Positions 1 to 12,500 of a DNA stretch of 64,000 nucleotides are shown here, in pieces. The position numbers and the translations under genes are program-made. Source of the stretch: Eledone cirrhosa (lineage: Eukaryota); the NCBI GenBank assembly GCA_964016885.1, contig OZ024742.1, positions 142,972,001 through 143,036,000 on the forward strand, given 5' to 3'. Numbering within the stretch: position 1 is the stretch's first letter; every line of letters begins with the position of its first letter. The notes beneath the pieces are model-generated. The model was not told the DNA's origin, ran no database searches, and was given only the letters and a program-made list of their open reading frames with translations.

Positions 1-150
1 TCTGAGTTCAAATACCGCCATGGTTAGCTTTGCCCTTCATCCCTACGGGGTTGATAAAAATAAAGTAGCAGTCACGCACAGGAGTCAATTTAATCAACTT
101 TTCCTCCCCTAAATTGCTGGCCTAGTGCCTAAATCTGAAACCATTATTAT
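1..150 (+). mobile_element. tRNA-derived SINE, family A (Meta-domain-like core), 3' part
   Basis: B box GAGTTCAAAT, core GCCCTTCATCCCTACGGGGTTGATAAAA, (ATT)n tail; homologous to 194-413. Confidence 0.85.
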
Positions 151-193
151 TGTTAATGTAGTTAAGTATAATGTTATTATTATAACTTACTTT

Positions 194-413
194 GAGGGCG
201 GTGGATTGGCAGTATCGGTAGAGTGTCAGACGATATGCTTTGTGGCATAGAGTTACGTCCCTTTACGTTCTGCATTCAAATCCTGCTATGGTTAGCTTTG
301 CCTTTCATCCTTATGGGGGTCGATAAAATAAAGTACCAGTAATACACTGGGGTCAATTTAATCGACTTTCCCTTCCCCTTGAAATTGCTTGCCTTGTGCC
401 AAATGTAGAAACA
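194..413 (+). mobile_element. tRNA-derived SINE family A, full length, with 18-bp TSD
   Basis: A box TGGCAGTATCGG, B-box-like TTCAAATCC, core GCCTTTCATCCTTATGGGGGTCGATAAAATAAAGTACCAG; TSD attattataacttacttt at 176-193 and 414-431. Confidence 0.9.
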
Positions 414-428
414 ATTATTATAACTTAC

Positions 429-563
429 TTTACCAATCAGAGCATGCCCTGCAATATCATCAGGACTTGTAGGTTCCTCAATCCACAAAGGTTTATATTC
501 TGCCAGTTCTTTCATCCAGTCAATTGCCTCTTGTACTTCCCATTTTTGATTGGCATCAACCAT
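429..563 (-). CDS. ENOSF1: ENOSF1 exon 12 (MVDANQKW...[19 protein letters not shown])
   Basis: 135 nt, metal-ligand D and E motifs, tttag/gtaagt. Confidence 0.97.
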
Positions 564-2840
564 CTAAATAAATAAGTCAATATTTATAGTGTTCACATTA
601 ACTCGTAATACTTTCAAATCAAATCATTCATTAACAAATAAATAAATATTTTACAGTATTCAATTTACTTCCTCTATGATCAAATATTGAATTTAACCCA
701 AGATGATGTTACCTTATTTTTTTTAACCTCCAGGGTCAATAAAATATTACACCATGGTGAACTAAATTGACTATACTCTTCCCCAAATTCTGTACTCTTT
801 GTGTCAACTTAGAAATTATTGTTTTAAAATGTTTCCTTGTTATCAGACAAAGTGTTGAATGATTTTATTTGTTGTCTTCTATTTTGAGGAAGACTTCTAA
901 AATGAAGGATCAGGTTAACATGGTAAGAAATAAAACATAATTATGAAGAAAGTTCCAGTGGGGATAGTTATAAGGTAGAAACATTGATAAAAGTGTGAGA
1001 ATTGGGATACAATATTGTAAATAAAGCTGAAAATGGAATAATTAATAATTAAAAGTTTTACTCTAGATCTTAAACATTTCCCCCTTTTTAATTTTTATTT
1101 GAGTTTTAAGTTTTTTCCTTTTCTCTTTTTTATTACTTGTCTCACTAGCTCTTTTTGATTACCAACTGTAAGGAGCACTTGATACTTCCCCTAGTTTGTG
1201 ATGACTTACTAGCTCTATACGGACGTTTAAATTGAATAAATAAATAAATAAATAAACAACTTCTAGGTAGTTTTAAAAGATGGTGAATCGACCGGGATAG
1301 TCATTTGTGAGCTGGTGGTGTTGACAAAAGGCTAGGCAAAACTGCTAGGTAGTTTTGAGGGATGTGGCATTGACCGGGGAAGCCATTACAAGCTGCTGGT
1401 GTCGACAAAAGGCAAAGAGCAACTGCTAGCTAGTTTTGAAAGATGATGCCTCGACTGGGGAAGTGCGAAGCAACTGCTGGGCAGAAGTCGTCTTTTGTAT
1501 TCATGCACCACCAACCCTAAGAGCTGGTGAGGGAAAAAGCATGACCAAATTACTCTACAACGATAAAATAGTGTCATTGCTTGCTACACTTCCTTGCTTC
1601 CCGAAATTTACCAATATTCCCTCTCCATAAACACGCACGCATGTATCTGTGTGTATATCCTGACTCATACACTGTTCACTTTCCTGACATTTGTACATTA
1701 TTCTATGTACTATACATGCACCTTTGATGAGTTGTAGTGCACCTGAACATTGTACACAATAATTTTCATTATTTTATTTATCTTTTTTTTTTCTTAAGAA
1801 ATTTAACTCTTCCATTGACTACATAGAGGCTCCTTCATTAGTTATGACTAGATATGATATCTGCTTACAGCTGGGTAAACTAGTCTATTAAACATTTAGT
1901 GGTAATATTAGCTACAGTAATATCCCAGTACAGTGTTAGGTTGTGGTAGTTTAATACTCTATTAACTGGATTATCTATAACAAAATAACTAAAACAAATA
2001 CAAACCAAACTGCAGTCAAAACCAATCTCTTCACGGATAATTTGGCACCTTCTTTTGTCATCTTCCAAGTTAGCTCCAACCTTGGTTTTAAATCTGCCAT
2101 AAATATTTGAAATAGATTTTTATATTTTTGGATATGCTATAGAGGTGATAATATATGATATGTATGGCTTAGTGGTTAGAGCGTTAGGCTCCCAATTGTG
2201 AGGTTGTGAGTTTGCTTCTGAGACTAGATGATGCATTTTGTCCTTGAGCAAGAAATTTTATTTCACATTGCTCCAGTTCATTCAGCTAAAAAGAATGAGT
2301 TGCAGTATCACCCATATACAAAAGAATATTTTTCCTTTTCAGCACGATATAGATGCCTTTGATGACAGTCTTTCAAAAGACAATGAACTGAACAAAAGCT
2401 CCTTTCAACAGTTTTCCAAGAGATGGTGAAACGAACAGACCTGCTTCTTCTCCAAGAAAATGTTTTTCATTTCTGTCTCTGCTCACCCGCCTCTATTTTT
2501 TTTATTTATTCTTTAATTTCTCATTCTATTTTCTGATTTTCTGATGAAGGACTAGCGTCTGAAACGTTAATACTCTTTTCCAACTATATCAAATGTAAAA
2601 TTATATATTGTACTTTGTTATTTCTGTTTACTTTTTGCATATATTATATATATGTATAGATATATTGTAAATAGTTAGTGCTTGACAGCTGAGCTCATGC
2701 CATTTTGACGGTAAGTAGTTAATCAGTCACCATTGAAACATCATGAGCTCAGCTCTCAGGCACTAACAATTTCAAAAATACACTCTTCTTTCCCAAGTAT
2801 TGAGTACTTAGATAAACATGGTCTTACAAGTCTAGGCTGT

Positions 2841-2903
<63 letters not shown>

Positions 2904-5900
2904 ACCGCCTGAGAAACAGTTTTTTTTTACTTAACCTCCCAACCTCCTCATTCTACTAATGTTACTCTTCCTGGTCAAAGACTAACATTTGATTCATTCC
3001 TTTTCCAGCAAGCATAAAACCAATAAGACTTTGTGTAATTGTATCTCTGTGTTTGTCTTTTTTAAAGTTCAAAAGTTCAAACATTAATTGAATGAGCACT
3101 CAATACTTGTAGGTAGAGTGTAAATGTTATTTTTTTGTAGAAAAGTGACAGTTATTTTAAAGTTTAACCTTAGTCATTTCATCTTAAGGTGGGATCAGCC
3201 TTCTTTATATAGGTTTATATCAGTGTGGATACTAGCACGAGGTAGGAGGGTTGTAGAATCTAATAAAACAACATTTAGAAACAATAGCTATTCGCAGCCT
3301 TAAACATATTGATAAAAATAATTGCTATTTATGCACAAATATCTCCTGGACAATTTGTTTCTCTGAATATTTGAGTGTTTGTGCAAGTGTGTGTATGTGT
3401 ACAAGAGAAACAGAGCAGGGGGTTGTAAATCTTGAATAAATAGAAAATAATCTTGTCTTACTTTGTAAATCCTTCTGCAAGAGCTTCTTTACAAAGCTGA
3501 AAGAGTAAAACAAAATTGTTTATTAAAATATATATTTCAACTTAAAATCCTTATCTATTTAGGTAGAGAGAACGCTTCTAATCAACTGAGGTAATTTGTT
3601 GCATTCCTTTAAGAGTAGCTGTTTGCTTAAGAGGGAGGGGGATAAAAAGAGAGAGAGAGAGACAGACAGACAGATAGAGGTGGGGTTTCATACATTGAAT
3701 GAATTCTATAAAGAATTCAATATCTAAGTAGATATAAACTACCAAATGTGTGTTTGTATGAATCTGTTCACATATATATACTATATTATGGTTTCAAAAC
3801 ATATATGATATGTATGATGATTATGTTTCTCAATAAAAAAGCTCAATGGACCTTGGCCCAGATTATTAATAATTTAAATCAAAAGATATATGTATATATA
3901 TATAGAGAGAACAAGCCATGTATCATTTGGGAAACACATAGTATTTTTCGGCCGCGGATGGCTAACATACCCCCCCCCCCCCCCCGCGCCCCACCGCTCC
4001 CACCCTCCAAACGCAATACAAAACTTCAGAGTTGGTACCATGAATATAGGCACCTTAAAGGGTCGCTCTAACGAGGTTGTAGAAATGCTTGAACGTAAGG
4101 AGGTCGATGTTTATTGTATTCAAGAGACCAGGTGGAGGGGTGGATCTGCTAGATTCATTCTGGGTAAAGAACGATGCTATAAGCTTTTCTGGGTGGGAAA
4201 TGACAATGGGCTGGGTGGAGTAGGAATCATAGTAGCAGAAAAGTGGGCAGATAAGATAATAGACGTAAATAGAGTGAACGACAGAATAATTAAAATAAGA
4301 CGTGTCCTCAATAGAACTACTGTGACAATAATATCTGCATATGCACCACAATCCGGACTGCCTGGCGTTATAAAATACAGATTCTATGAGACGTTGATGC
4401 TCACTACCTCCCAGATAACCGACAGTGACTACATAATTATTGCTGGCGACCTAAATGGTCACATTGGACAACATTGTGACGGCTATGATGGAATCCATGG
4501 AGGTTATGGGTTTGGTACTAGAAATGAGGAAGGCTCCAGAATCCTGGAATTCTGTGACGCAAATAACCTAACTATCTGTAACACTAACTTCAAAAAACGA
4601 GACAATCACTTGATCACCTATAGATCCGGGGAACACACAAGCCAAGTAGATTATATCCTTACCAGAAGACGTGACAGAGTGTCTGTTGTAAACACTAAAT
4701 CCCTCCCCCATGAAGAATGCACCTCTCAACATAGACTCATAATTAGCGACCTCATAGTCAGGACGAGACGTACTCGACAACAGAAGAGGACTATCCTCAG
4801 GAGAAAAATATGGAAGTTAAAAGACCCCACAGCCAGTAATAAATTTAAAAGCATATTACTTGATGCTTTTGATAGTAAGGAAGAGCAATTAGAGTCGTAC
4901 AATATAGAGGAACAGTGGGAATTCCTGAAAGCTAACCTGCTGAAGGCGACAGATGAAACCTGTGGCTGGAGCAGACCTATAGGCAGGAGGAGAGTAACTT
5001 GGTGGTGGAACAGTAAGGTGGAGGGGTCAATCAAGGCCAAAAAGCAGGCTTGGAAAGCATGGCGGGATGGGGGAAGTAGAGAAGACTATCAAGTGGCCAG
5101 GCGAGAAGCTAGGAGACAAGTGTACTTCGCAAGAAGGGAAGCAGAGGAAAGAAAGTTCAAGCATGTTCTACAACGCGAGGACCAAAAACATGAGGTGTTC
5201 AGGATTACTAGGCAATGTGTCAAGGAAAACAGTGATATTGTTGGGGAGAAGTGTGTCCTTAATGATGATGGTGTACTTGCCATCACTGACGCTGATAAGA
5301 AGGTAGCTTGGAAGTGTCACTACGAAAGCTACTAAATGAGGAGAATAATTGGGAGAAAGACAGCCTCCCCCACATCGATCCAATAGAGGGACCAGCAGTG
5401 CAAGTTGAAGGTAGTATAATAAGTAAGGTAATCAAAGACATGAAGATGGGCAAGGCGGCCGGGCCTTCGGAAATAGTTGCTGAAATGCTGAAAGCATCTG
5501 GAACGGTGGGACACACTATGGTCACCCGGATAGTAAACCAAGTCATACAGAATGGGGTCGTTCCGAAGGACTGGCGCAGCAGCATCATCATTAACTGCTA
5601 CAAGGGTAAAGGTGATGCCCTAGATAGGGGAAACTATAGAGGCATTAAATTAATTGACCAGGTCATGAAGGTCACAGAAAAAGTAATAGCGCAACTAATC
5701 AGAGAGCGAATTGATCTAGATGAAATGCAGTTCGGGTTTGTGTCAGGTAAAAGTACAACAGACGCTCTTTTCATTGTACGAAAACTACAGGAGAAGTACC
5801 TAACTAAAAGTAAACCTCTATACTTAGCTTTTGTTGACTTGGAGAAAGCCTTTGACAGAGTACCCCGCTCGATTATCTGATGGGCCCTTAGAAAACTAGG

Positions 5901-8900
5901 TGTTGATGAATGACTTGTGAGAGCTATACAAGCCATGTATAAAGAAACAGTCAGCAAGGTTAGAATTAACAACGAATATAGTGAAGAGTTTAGTGTAAAA
6001 GTTGGTGTTCATCAGGGCTCCGTCCTTAACCCCCTACTATTTATTATTGCCCTTCAGGCTATAACAGAGGAGTTCAAGACCGGCTGCCCATGGGAACTCC
6101 TATATGCAGATAATCTAACGCTCATAGCTGAATCAATGGCTGAACTAGAGAAGAAATTCCAAACATGGAAGCATGGCCTAGAATCAAAAGGCCTTAAAGT
6201 TAACTTGTCTAAGACTAAAGTTCTAGTTTGTAGGAAGGAAAATAGGGCATCATAGTTTTATGTAAGAATCTTTGCTAGGTTATGTTTCATTTACCAACTT
6301 ATGAATGAAAAAGTTAGTTATATTTCTAAATCTCTCAAAATTGTCGATTATTTTGAAAATGATTTAAAAATCACAGTCAGTGTTTTTCATTAGAAATATG
6401 GTAACAAAAGAGTTAAAAACAAACTGTGAAGTCCCCTGTAATGTTGAATGGTTGCTGCGTTTTTTTAAATTGATAAAGATGTTATCACTTTTGACAACAC
6501 AGTACACTAGAATCATGATCATCATTATCATTTTAGGTTTGCTTTCTATGTTGGTATAACTTGGATGGGGTGATACAGTCCAAGTCAGTTCTCATTCAAA
6601 GTAACTGTTCTCCTCAATAAGTTAGAGTACCATGTCCTGCTCATATTTTCAATCTTTTGCATGGTTTCTATGGAAAAAATGGCTTTCCTATTGCCAGTCA
6701 GAGTGTACTGAGTGCACATTATCTTGTTACAAGCACTTGAGAAGTTGTTATAAAAATAATGAAAATTATTGTGTACAGTGCTCATGTGCATTACAACTCA
6801 TCAAAGGTGCATGTATAGTACATAGAATAATGTAAAAATGTCAGGAAAGTGAACAGTGTATGAGTCATGATATACACACAGATACATGCATGCATATGTA
6901 TGGAGGGAGAATATCAGGTGTAGTGTTGGCAAATTTCAGGAAGCATGGAAATTTTGAAGGATGCAGAGTCCTGACAGCTAACAACTGATGCAGGTTGTTT
7001 ATTCCATGCTTCAGTAGCTCTGAGTATAAAAAATGTTTCCAAAAATAATGGGAGCTGTGCTATTTTCTGATTTTGTAAGCATGTCCACTAGTGTTAGATA
7101 CATAGAATTTAAAAAGGTGCTCAGGGTTGTTTTGGAAAGATGGTTAATCATTTTGTGGATGTCTACCAAGTCAGTCCCCAACAAGAATAAAGGGTCCTCT
7201 TGACCCTATATTGATTCCTCTCATTCACCAACTGTGTTACACAGTGCATTGGCTGCGATTTATTATGGCACCAGCACTAGTTAAGTCACCTTGTACCCTG
7301 AAAAACTAAAGAGTATTCATTTCTCACCTTTGTCCTCATTTGTTCAAGTTAATAAAATCAAGAGGAGGAATAGAAGAGGGAGAACATTGCCTGAAGAACC
7401 AGCGTAAACAGGCGAAGTGAGTGAGAATATGATGGAAATAACAGAGTGAATGGAGTAAGAGGATGGTAGGTGAGAAGTAATGGGAGATAGACAGTGCTAG
7501 AAGGAATAATGTAAGAATGACAATAACATGTTTGCTGGTGAGGAAGAGAGACAGCAGTTGAAATAAATATCAATAAGAAAGAGTAATAGATGTTTAGTAG
7601 CCCAGTGAAGAAATGGTGATGACTGACAACACAGAATGGTGATGATGGTAAGTTCATGATTTTATTGTATCCTTGACAGAATAAAGCTTATTTTAAACTG
7701 TCTGTCTAGTATACTACTAATAAATCTGAGGACAGACAACATATTAAATCACGATTAGAATTTATTTTTCATATCTCTAATGTCTAATTTATATGAGTGA
7801 CCTACACAAGACATAAGTATCCCTTTCCATAAGGTTCTTCTCCTATATCTGTTTTGGTATATTCCATCCCTTGTGCACACACTTTCTATCTCTAATCAAT
7901 TTACTTTTATATAACAAAATTGTAACTTCATATCTAGCATAGATCCATTTTGCCTTTCACCATTTGAAGTTAATAGAATAGGTACTGGGCTTAACGTAGT
8001 TGACTATAACCTATAGAGCCCAAGTGTGGCCATAATCCAATATGTAAAACCAGTAAAATAATGAATATCCAATAGATTTACCTTACGAATCTTGTCATCT
8101 GGATAGCCAAGCCAACCACAAGAAGTAGTGTATGCTGGGTAGCCTTCCTTTAGAAGATGTTTTTCTGTAAAATATTAAAGATGTTTTTGTAGAAAACTTG
8201 AACATATCATTAATTTATCATCATGGGCTGATAGTTCATTATGTTGCAATTTTAAAATTGTAGAAAGCTCTACTAATTTTTTATGTTATATAGATATATA
8301 TATATGTGGGTGTTATATAATTACAAATGCAAGTATGTAGGGATGTCTCCCTATCTTTCCCACTTTGTGTGTGTGTGTGTGTACTTGTGTGGCCCACATG
8401 CTCCAGGACCCGTGAGTCCTACATCAACTTGCATGTACACATACACACTCACTCCCGAACAAAAATGAGAGGATCATGCTTAGCAATGACAGTTGACTGA
8501 AGTTCAAAAATATATATCTTTGTATCCATGTGTATGAAAAAGTACATATTTGTGTAAATATATATAAGATGACTCACCGCGATCAACTTTTCCATTTTTC
8601 ATTTCTTCAAGAAGGCCTAAATTATAAAAACCGGTGAGTAATTATGATATAATGTGAAAAAGCAATTGTTGTGCTTGCCAAGGTTTTATTTTTTCAAGTT
8701 CGTATTTAAATTAATAAAAATGAACCTAATTACATTTACTGATATCATTAACGAATCAACTATGAAACAATTGATATTAGTTGTCAGTGACTATTCTGTA
8801 GAATTTGTGTTTTTTCAGATTCACACCACAATAGTTATTGTTATCTTTAAAAAAAATGACCATTAACTCTTTAAGCCTTATCATAAGATATGGCATATAA

Positions 8901-9539
8901 ACTAAAGGTGAGAAGTAAGTTAAAATCATTAATAATATAAATAATATTACTATTTTTAATACAATCTAGTTTTCTTTTTTGTTCTTCTTGTGTTTGAATA
9001 AGACATAAAGTTAGCAGTAAGTATAATTTATTGATATCATCATTATCATCATCATCATCATCATTACTGTTTAACATATATTTTCCATTCTTCCATGGGT
9101 TAAACAGGCTATCACATAATGAGGTTAGCCAGGTCAGGTGACCATGTCTTATTCATAATTTTTATTTGGGGCTTAGTTTTGTATGGCTGGCTGCTCCTCT
9201 TAATGTCAACCACTTTACAGGGTGGTCTCTCATAGGACCAGCATGACCACATTACAGATTAGAAAGGGTGCCTTTTGTCATGGCACTAGCACAATTAATT
9301 TACAAGGTAGACTGTGTGCCTTCCATTGTGGCACCAGCAGTACTACTGGTGGGGAGGATGTGTTTCATTATGTTCCCCATGCTACTTCCTTATGAAATTT
9401 CGATGCTTGTGTCTTTGGCCCAGGTGGGGAGACAATAAGAACAGTAAGATGAGAGAGCAAACGTTAGGCTACATATTGGTAACTAAGGATGGTGGGTGTC
9501 ATGGAGATGGCCTTGAAGAAATTGAATTGTGCTTTGCTG

Positions 9540-9597
<58 letters not shown>

Positions 9598-12500
9598 CAT
9601 ATGTTCCTATGCAAAACATACAGAAATGTAATCTTCAATATATACAATAAAAATAGACTCATCCTTGTATTATATTCACAGACACTGCATACATTGTAAT
9701 GGTTAAAAAGTTCAAACTAGATAGGTAATTATTTTCTAGAAAATATATTAATATTAAGAAAAATAATTGATAATCATTTGTTGTACGTCGTATAGATCAT
9801 TAAATGGATCCCACTATTTGACTGGTACTTATTCTAGTAGACCCTTTACTTGTTTAGGTTATTTTCGTGCATTTTCCTTGCCAGCCTTTAGGGCAATATA
9901 TTCACCATTCTGTATGCTGGGACCATGAAGCAATCATAAAATCACATCTCAGTGTCTAGTAGTAGCTTAATTAATTGTGAAAGAATTGATGTTGAAGCTA
10001 CAGTTAGTGTTAATGGTTAGTGATAACTTCTAAACGTAAAACCTTGGGAAGAAAGGAACTGAGAATGTAAAGGGAGATAACTATACATCGCAAAGCTCTT
10101 TTGTTCGGTGCTCAACGATTATCTCATCCTATTTTGTCAAATTAGAAAGTGGTTTTGAATTTATGTTTTAATTTTTTTAGACATTGTTATTAATTTTGAA
10201 AATATACGAACCAACTGCTTCCTCTGGTGTTATGGCATCTTTTCTGAAAATAGTAAAAGGAATTTAATTATTAAAATTTTCTACGACCACCCACATCAAC
10301 ATCATTGTTCTTTTTATCCTCCTCCTCTGTATCATTTTAATCAACAACAATACAATTTTATGAAAATTGACAAACATTTATCGGGAAACTGCTATTTGTA
10401 CACAATATTTAATTTAAAAAGTAAAATGCATTCAATTATTTAGTACATTACTTGGCATAGACATTAACAAATGTATTTTCCAATAGATTGGAAATCTTTG
10501 AGATGTGGGCTGATAGAATATTTTAATGAATATCAGGAACAGAACCGTAAAGCAATAAAGAAAGACTAAAAAATGGCAAAAATGAAGTAGGTTTTATTAA
10601 ACACCACCAAAGCGAGAAAAATTAACAGAAAGCAAAATGAATATGAAGAGGGGAACCCTAGAATTGAATGGATAATATGAAAAATTGAACAAGCTTAAAA
10701 TAAAGATATGTACGGATAGAATAAACAAGGCTGGGGTGGTAATCATCTTGCTGAGAGCGACGATATCTGATAATGGTGTATATTTTGCTTAATACTGTTA
10801 ATTAGCCGTTTAATTTTTTTAATTTCATCTAAATAATTAGTTACTATTTTATTGAAATATAAAATAACCACTAAAAATGAAAACCGAAATCGAAATAGTT
10901 TTAGAAGTGTTACCTCCCTTGAAACATTGATAAATTCAATAACAGATGATGATTAGGAGTTATATCCCTTATAAATTATGGTATAAAAGTCTTGAGTAGA
11001 TTATTCTTCATTTTATTTTGTCGGTATCTATCACCACTAGCGTATTTTATGAAGATCTTTGTAAACCAAAAGGAGTGATAGAGAACACTGGTATGGATAA
11101 TGTACTATAGAGCGTAGAGTAAGGTACATTAAGATATTGCCGTGGCATAGAGCTAGTTTTAAAGAGGACAGAATAGTATCAGAAATAGAATGACAGTTAC
11201 AATAGGCTGTTTGGGTAAGTTGGAAATTTCTTTGTTTGAAGCATAGACATTATAGAAAATTTTGATTAAATGAAGAGGACATTATTTTTCTATTCCTGCA
11301 GTATATTTCAAAAGTATAGAAATTAATAAAATATAAATAAAAATACACGTTTAAGATAATAGAATTTCCAATTTCATCAATTTCTTTAGACCATTGATTA
11401 ATATCATATCATTTTAGCCCGTTACTTTCTCATAAAATAATCTTAATCTATTTCATTAAAGAAAAAAAGATTCAACTAATCATTAGATCAGCTAAAATTC
11501 ATTAGATAAATGATGAAACAAGTAGAATGATATTCAGATTGTCAACTGGAGTGGACCAGTTGGTAATATTTCAAATTCCATTTAGGTCCTCTAGATGACC
11601 ATATATATTTCTTAATATATATAATAAAGTTTTTTTTAACATTTAGAAAGCAGTTCTATAAGCATACAAATGGTGTTATCCCATAGTATCTAATTAATTA
11701 TGATCAACTAAGTTGTGTACAATCCTACACATGATTTATAAGTTATACTGTAGTTCTATTTGGAATTGTGAATTATTATACATTACTTATGATTTCTGAA
11801 TTATTCTACAATACTCAATAATTAGAGGTTCAGCTAACTATTATAGTTAGAAGATTGAAAATCCAGTTACATAATCATATTAATCATTAGTGTTGTACCT
11901 CATGAAAGTAAGATTTATAAACATTTTAAAACTTCATGTGAATATCCCATCGAAGCAAAGTGAAATTTATTTTTGTGGAAAGATGATATTCCCATATATG
12001 TCATTGAGTATTCAAAACTACAGAGTCTAATATATGAAATAATGAAAATTATTGTGTACAGTGTTCAGATGCACTACAACTCATTGAAGGTGCATGTATA
12101 GTACATAGAATAATGTACAAATGTCAGGAAAGTGAACAGTATATGAGTCATGATATACATACAGAAACATGCATGCATCTGTATGGAGGGGGAATATCAA
12201 GTGTAGTGCTGGCGAATTTCGGGAAGCGTGGAAGTTTTGAAGGATGTAGTGTTAAACAATGAAAGAATAAGACAAGATGAAATAGTTAATTAATCCATTG
12301 TTTTACAAACAGCAGAGAGCAAAATCATTGATGTGCAGATAATCGATGGTAGTTATGCTATTCAATCCCATTAACTATTACAAAATACATCGATTCTGCT
12401 GCCTCTCATCAGAAACAATAATTGTATAACTACCATTGCTTGGTCTGAACATCGATAATTTTTATATCTGAAAGAATTGTAAAATAATGGATTATTTAAC

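Noticed and set aside
276-428. C-terminal extension of ORF 276-563 as ENOSF1 coding sequence
   Set aside because: It reads through the GTAAGT donor into an antisense SINE and has no enolase-family similarity.
1-428. TYMS antisense overlap as at the human ENOSF1 locus
   Set aside because: The ENOSF1 3' end is outside the window and no thymidylate synthase sequence is visible, so it cannot be assessed.
1257-1480. CRISPR-like array
   Set aside because: Whole units are homologous with no unique spacers, and the context is a eukaryotic intron with no cas genes.
2160-2230. tRNA genes (also near 196, 27165, 28555 and 29424)
   Set aside because: A and B boxes are present, but each copy continues into a SINE body and I could not fold a clean cloverleaf; these are SINE heads.
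3748-4071. Proline-rich 107-aa ORF
   Set aside because: It arises from a poly-C tract and AT-rich sequence at the RTE 5' end.
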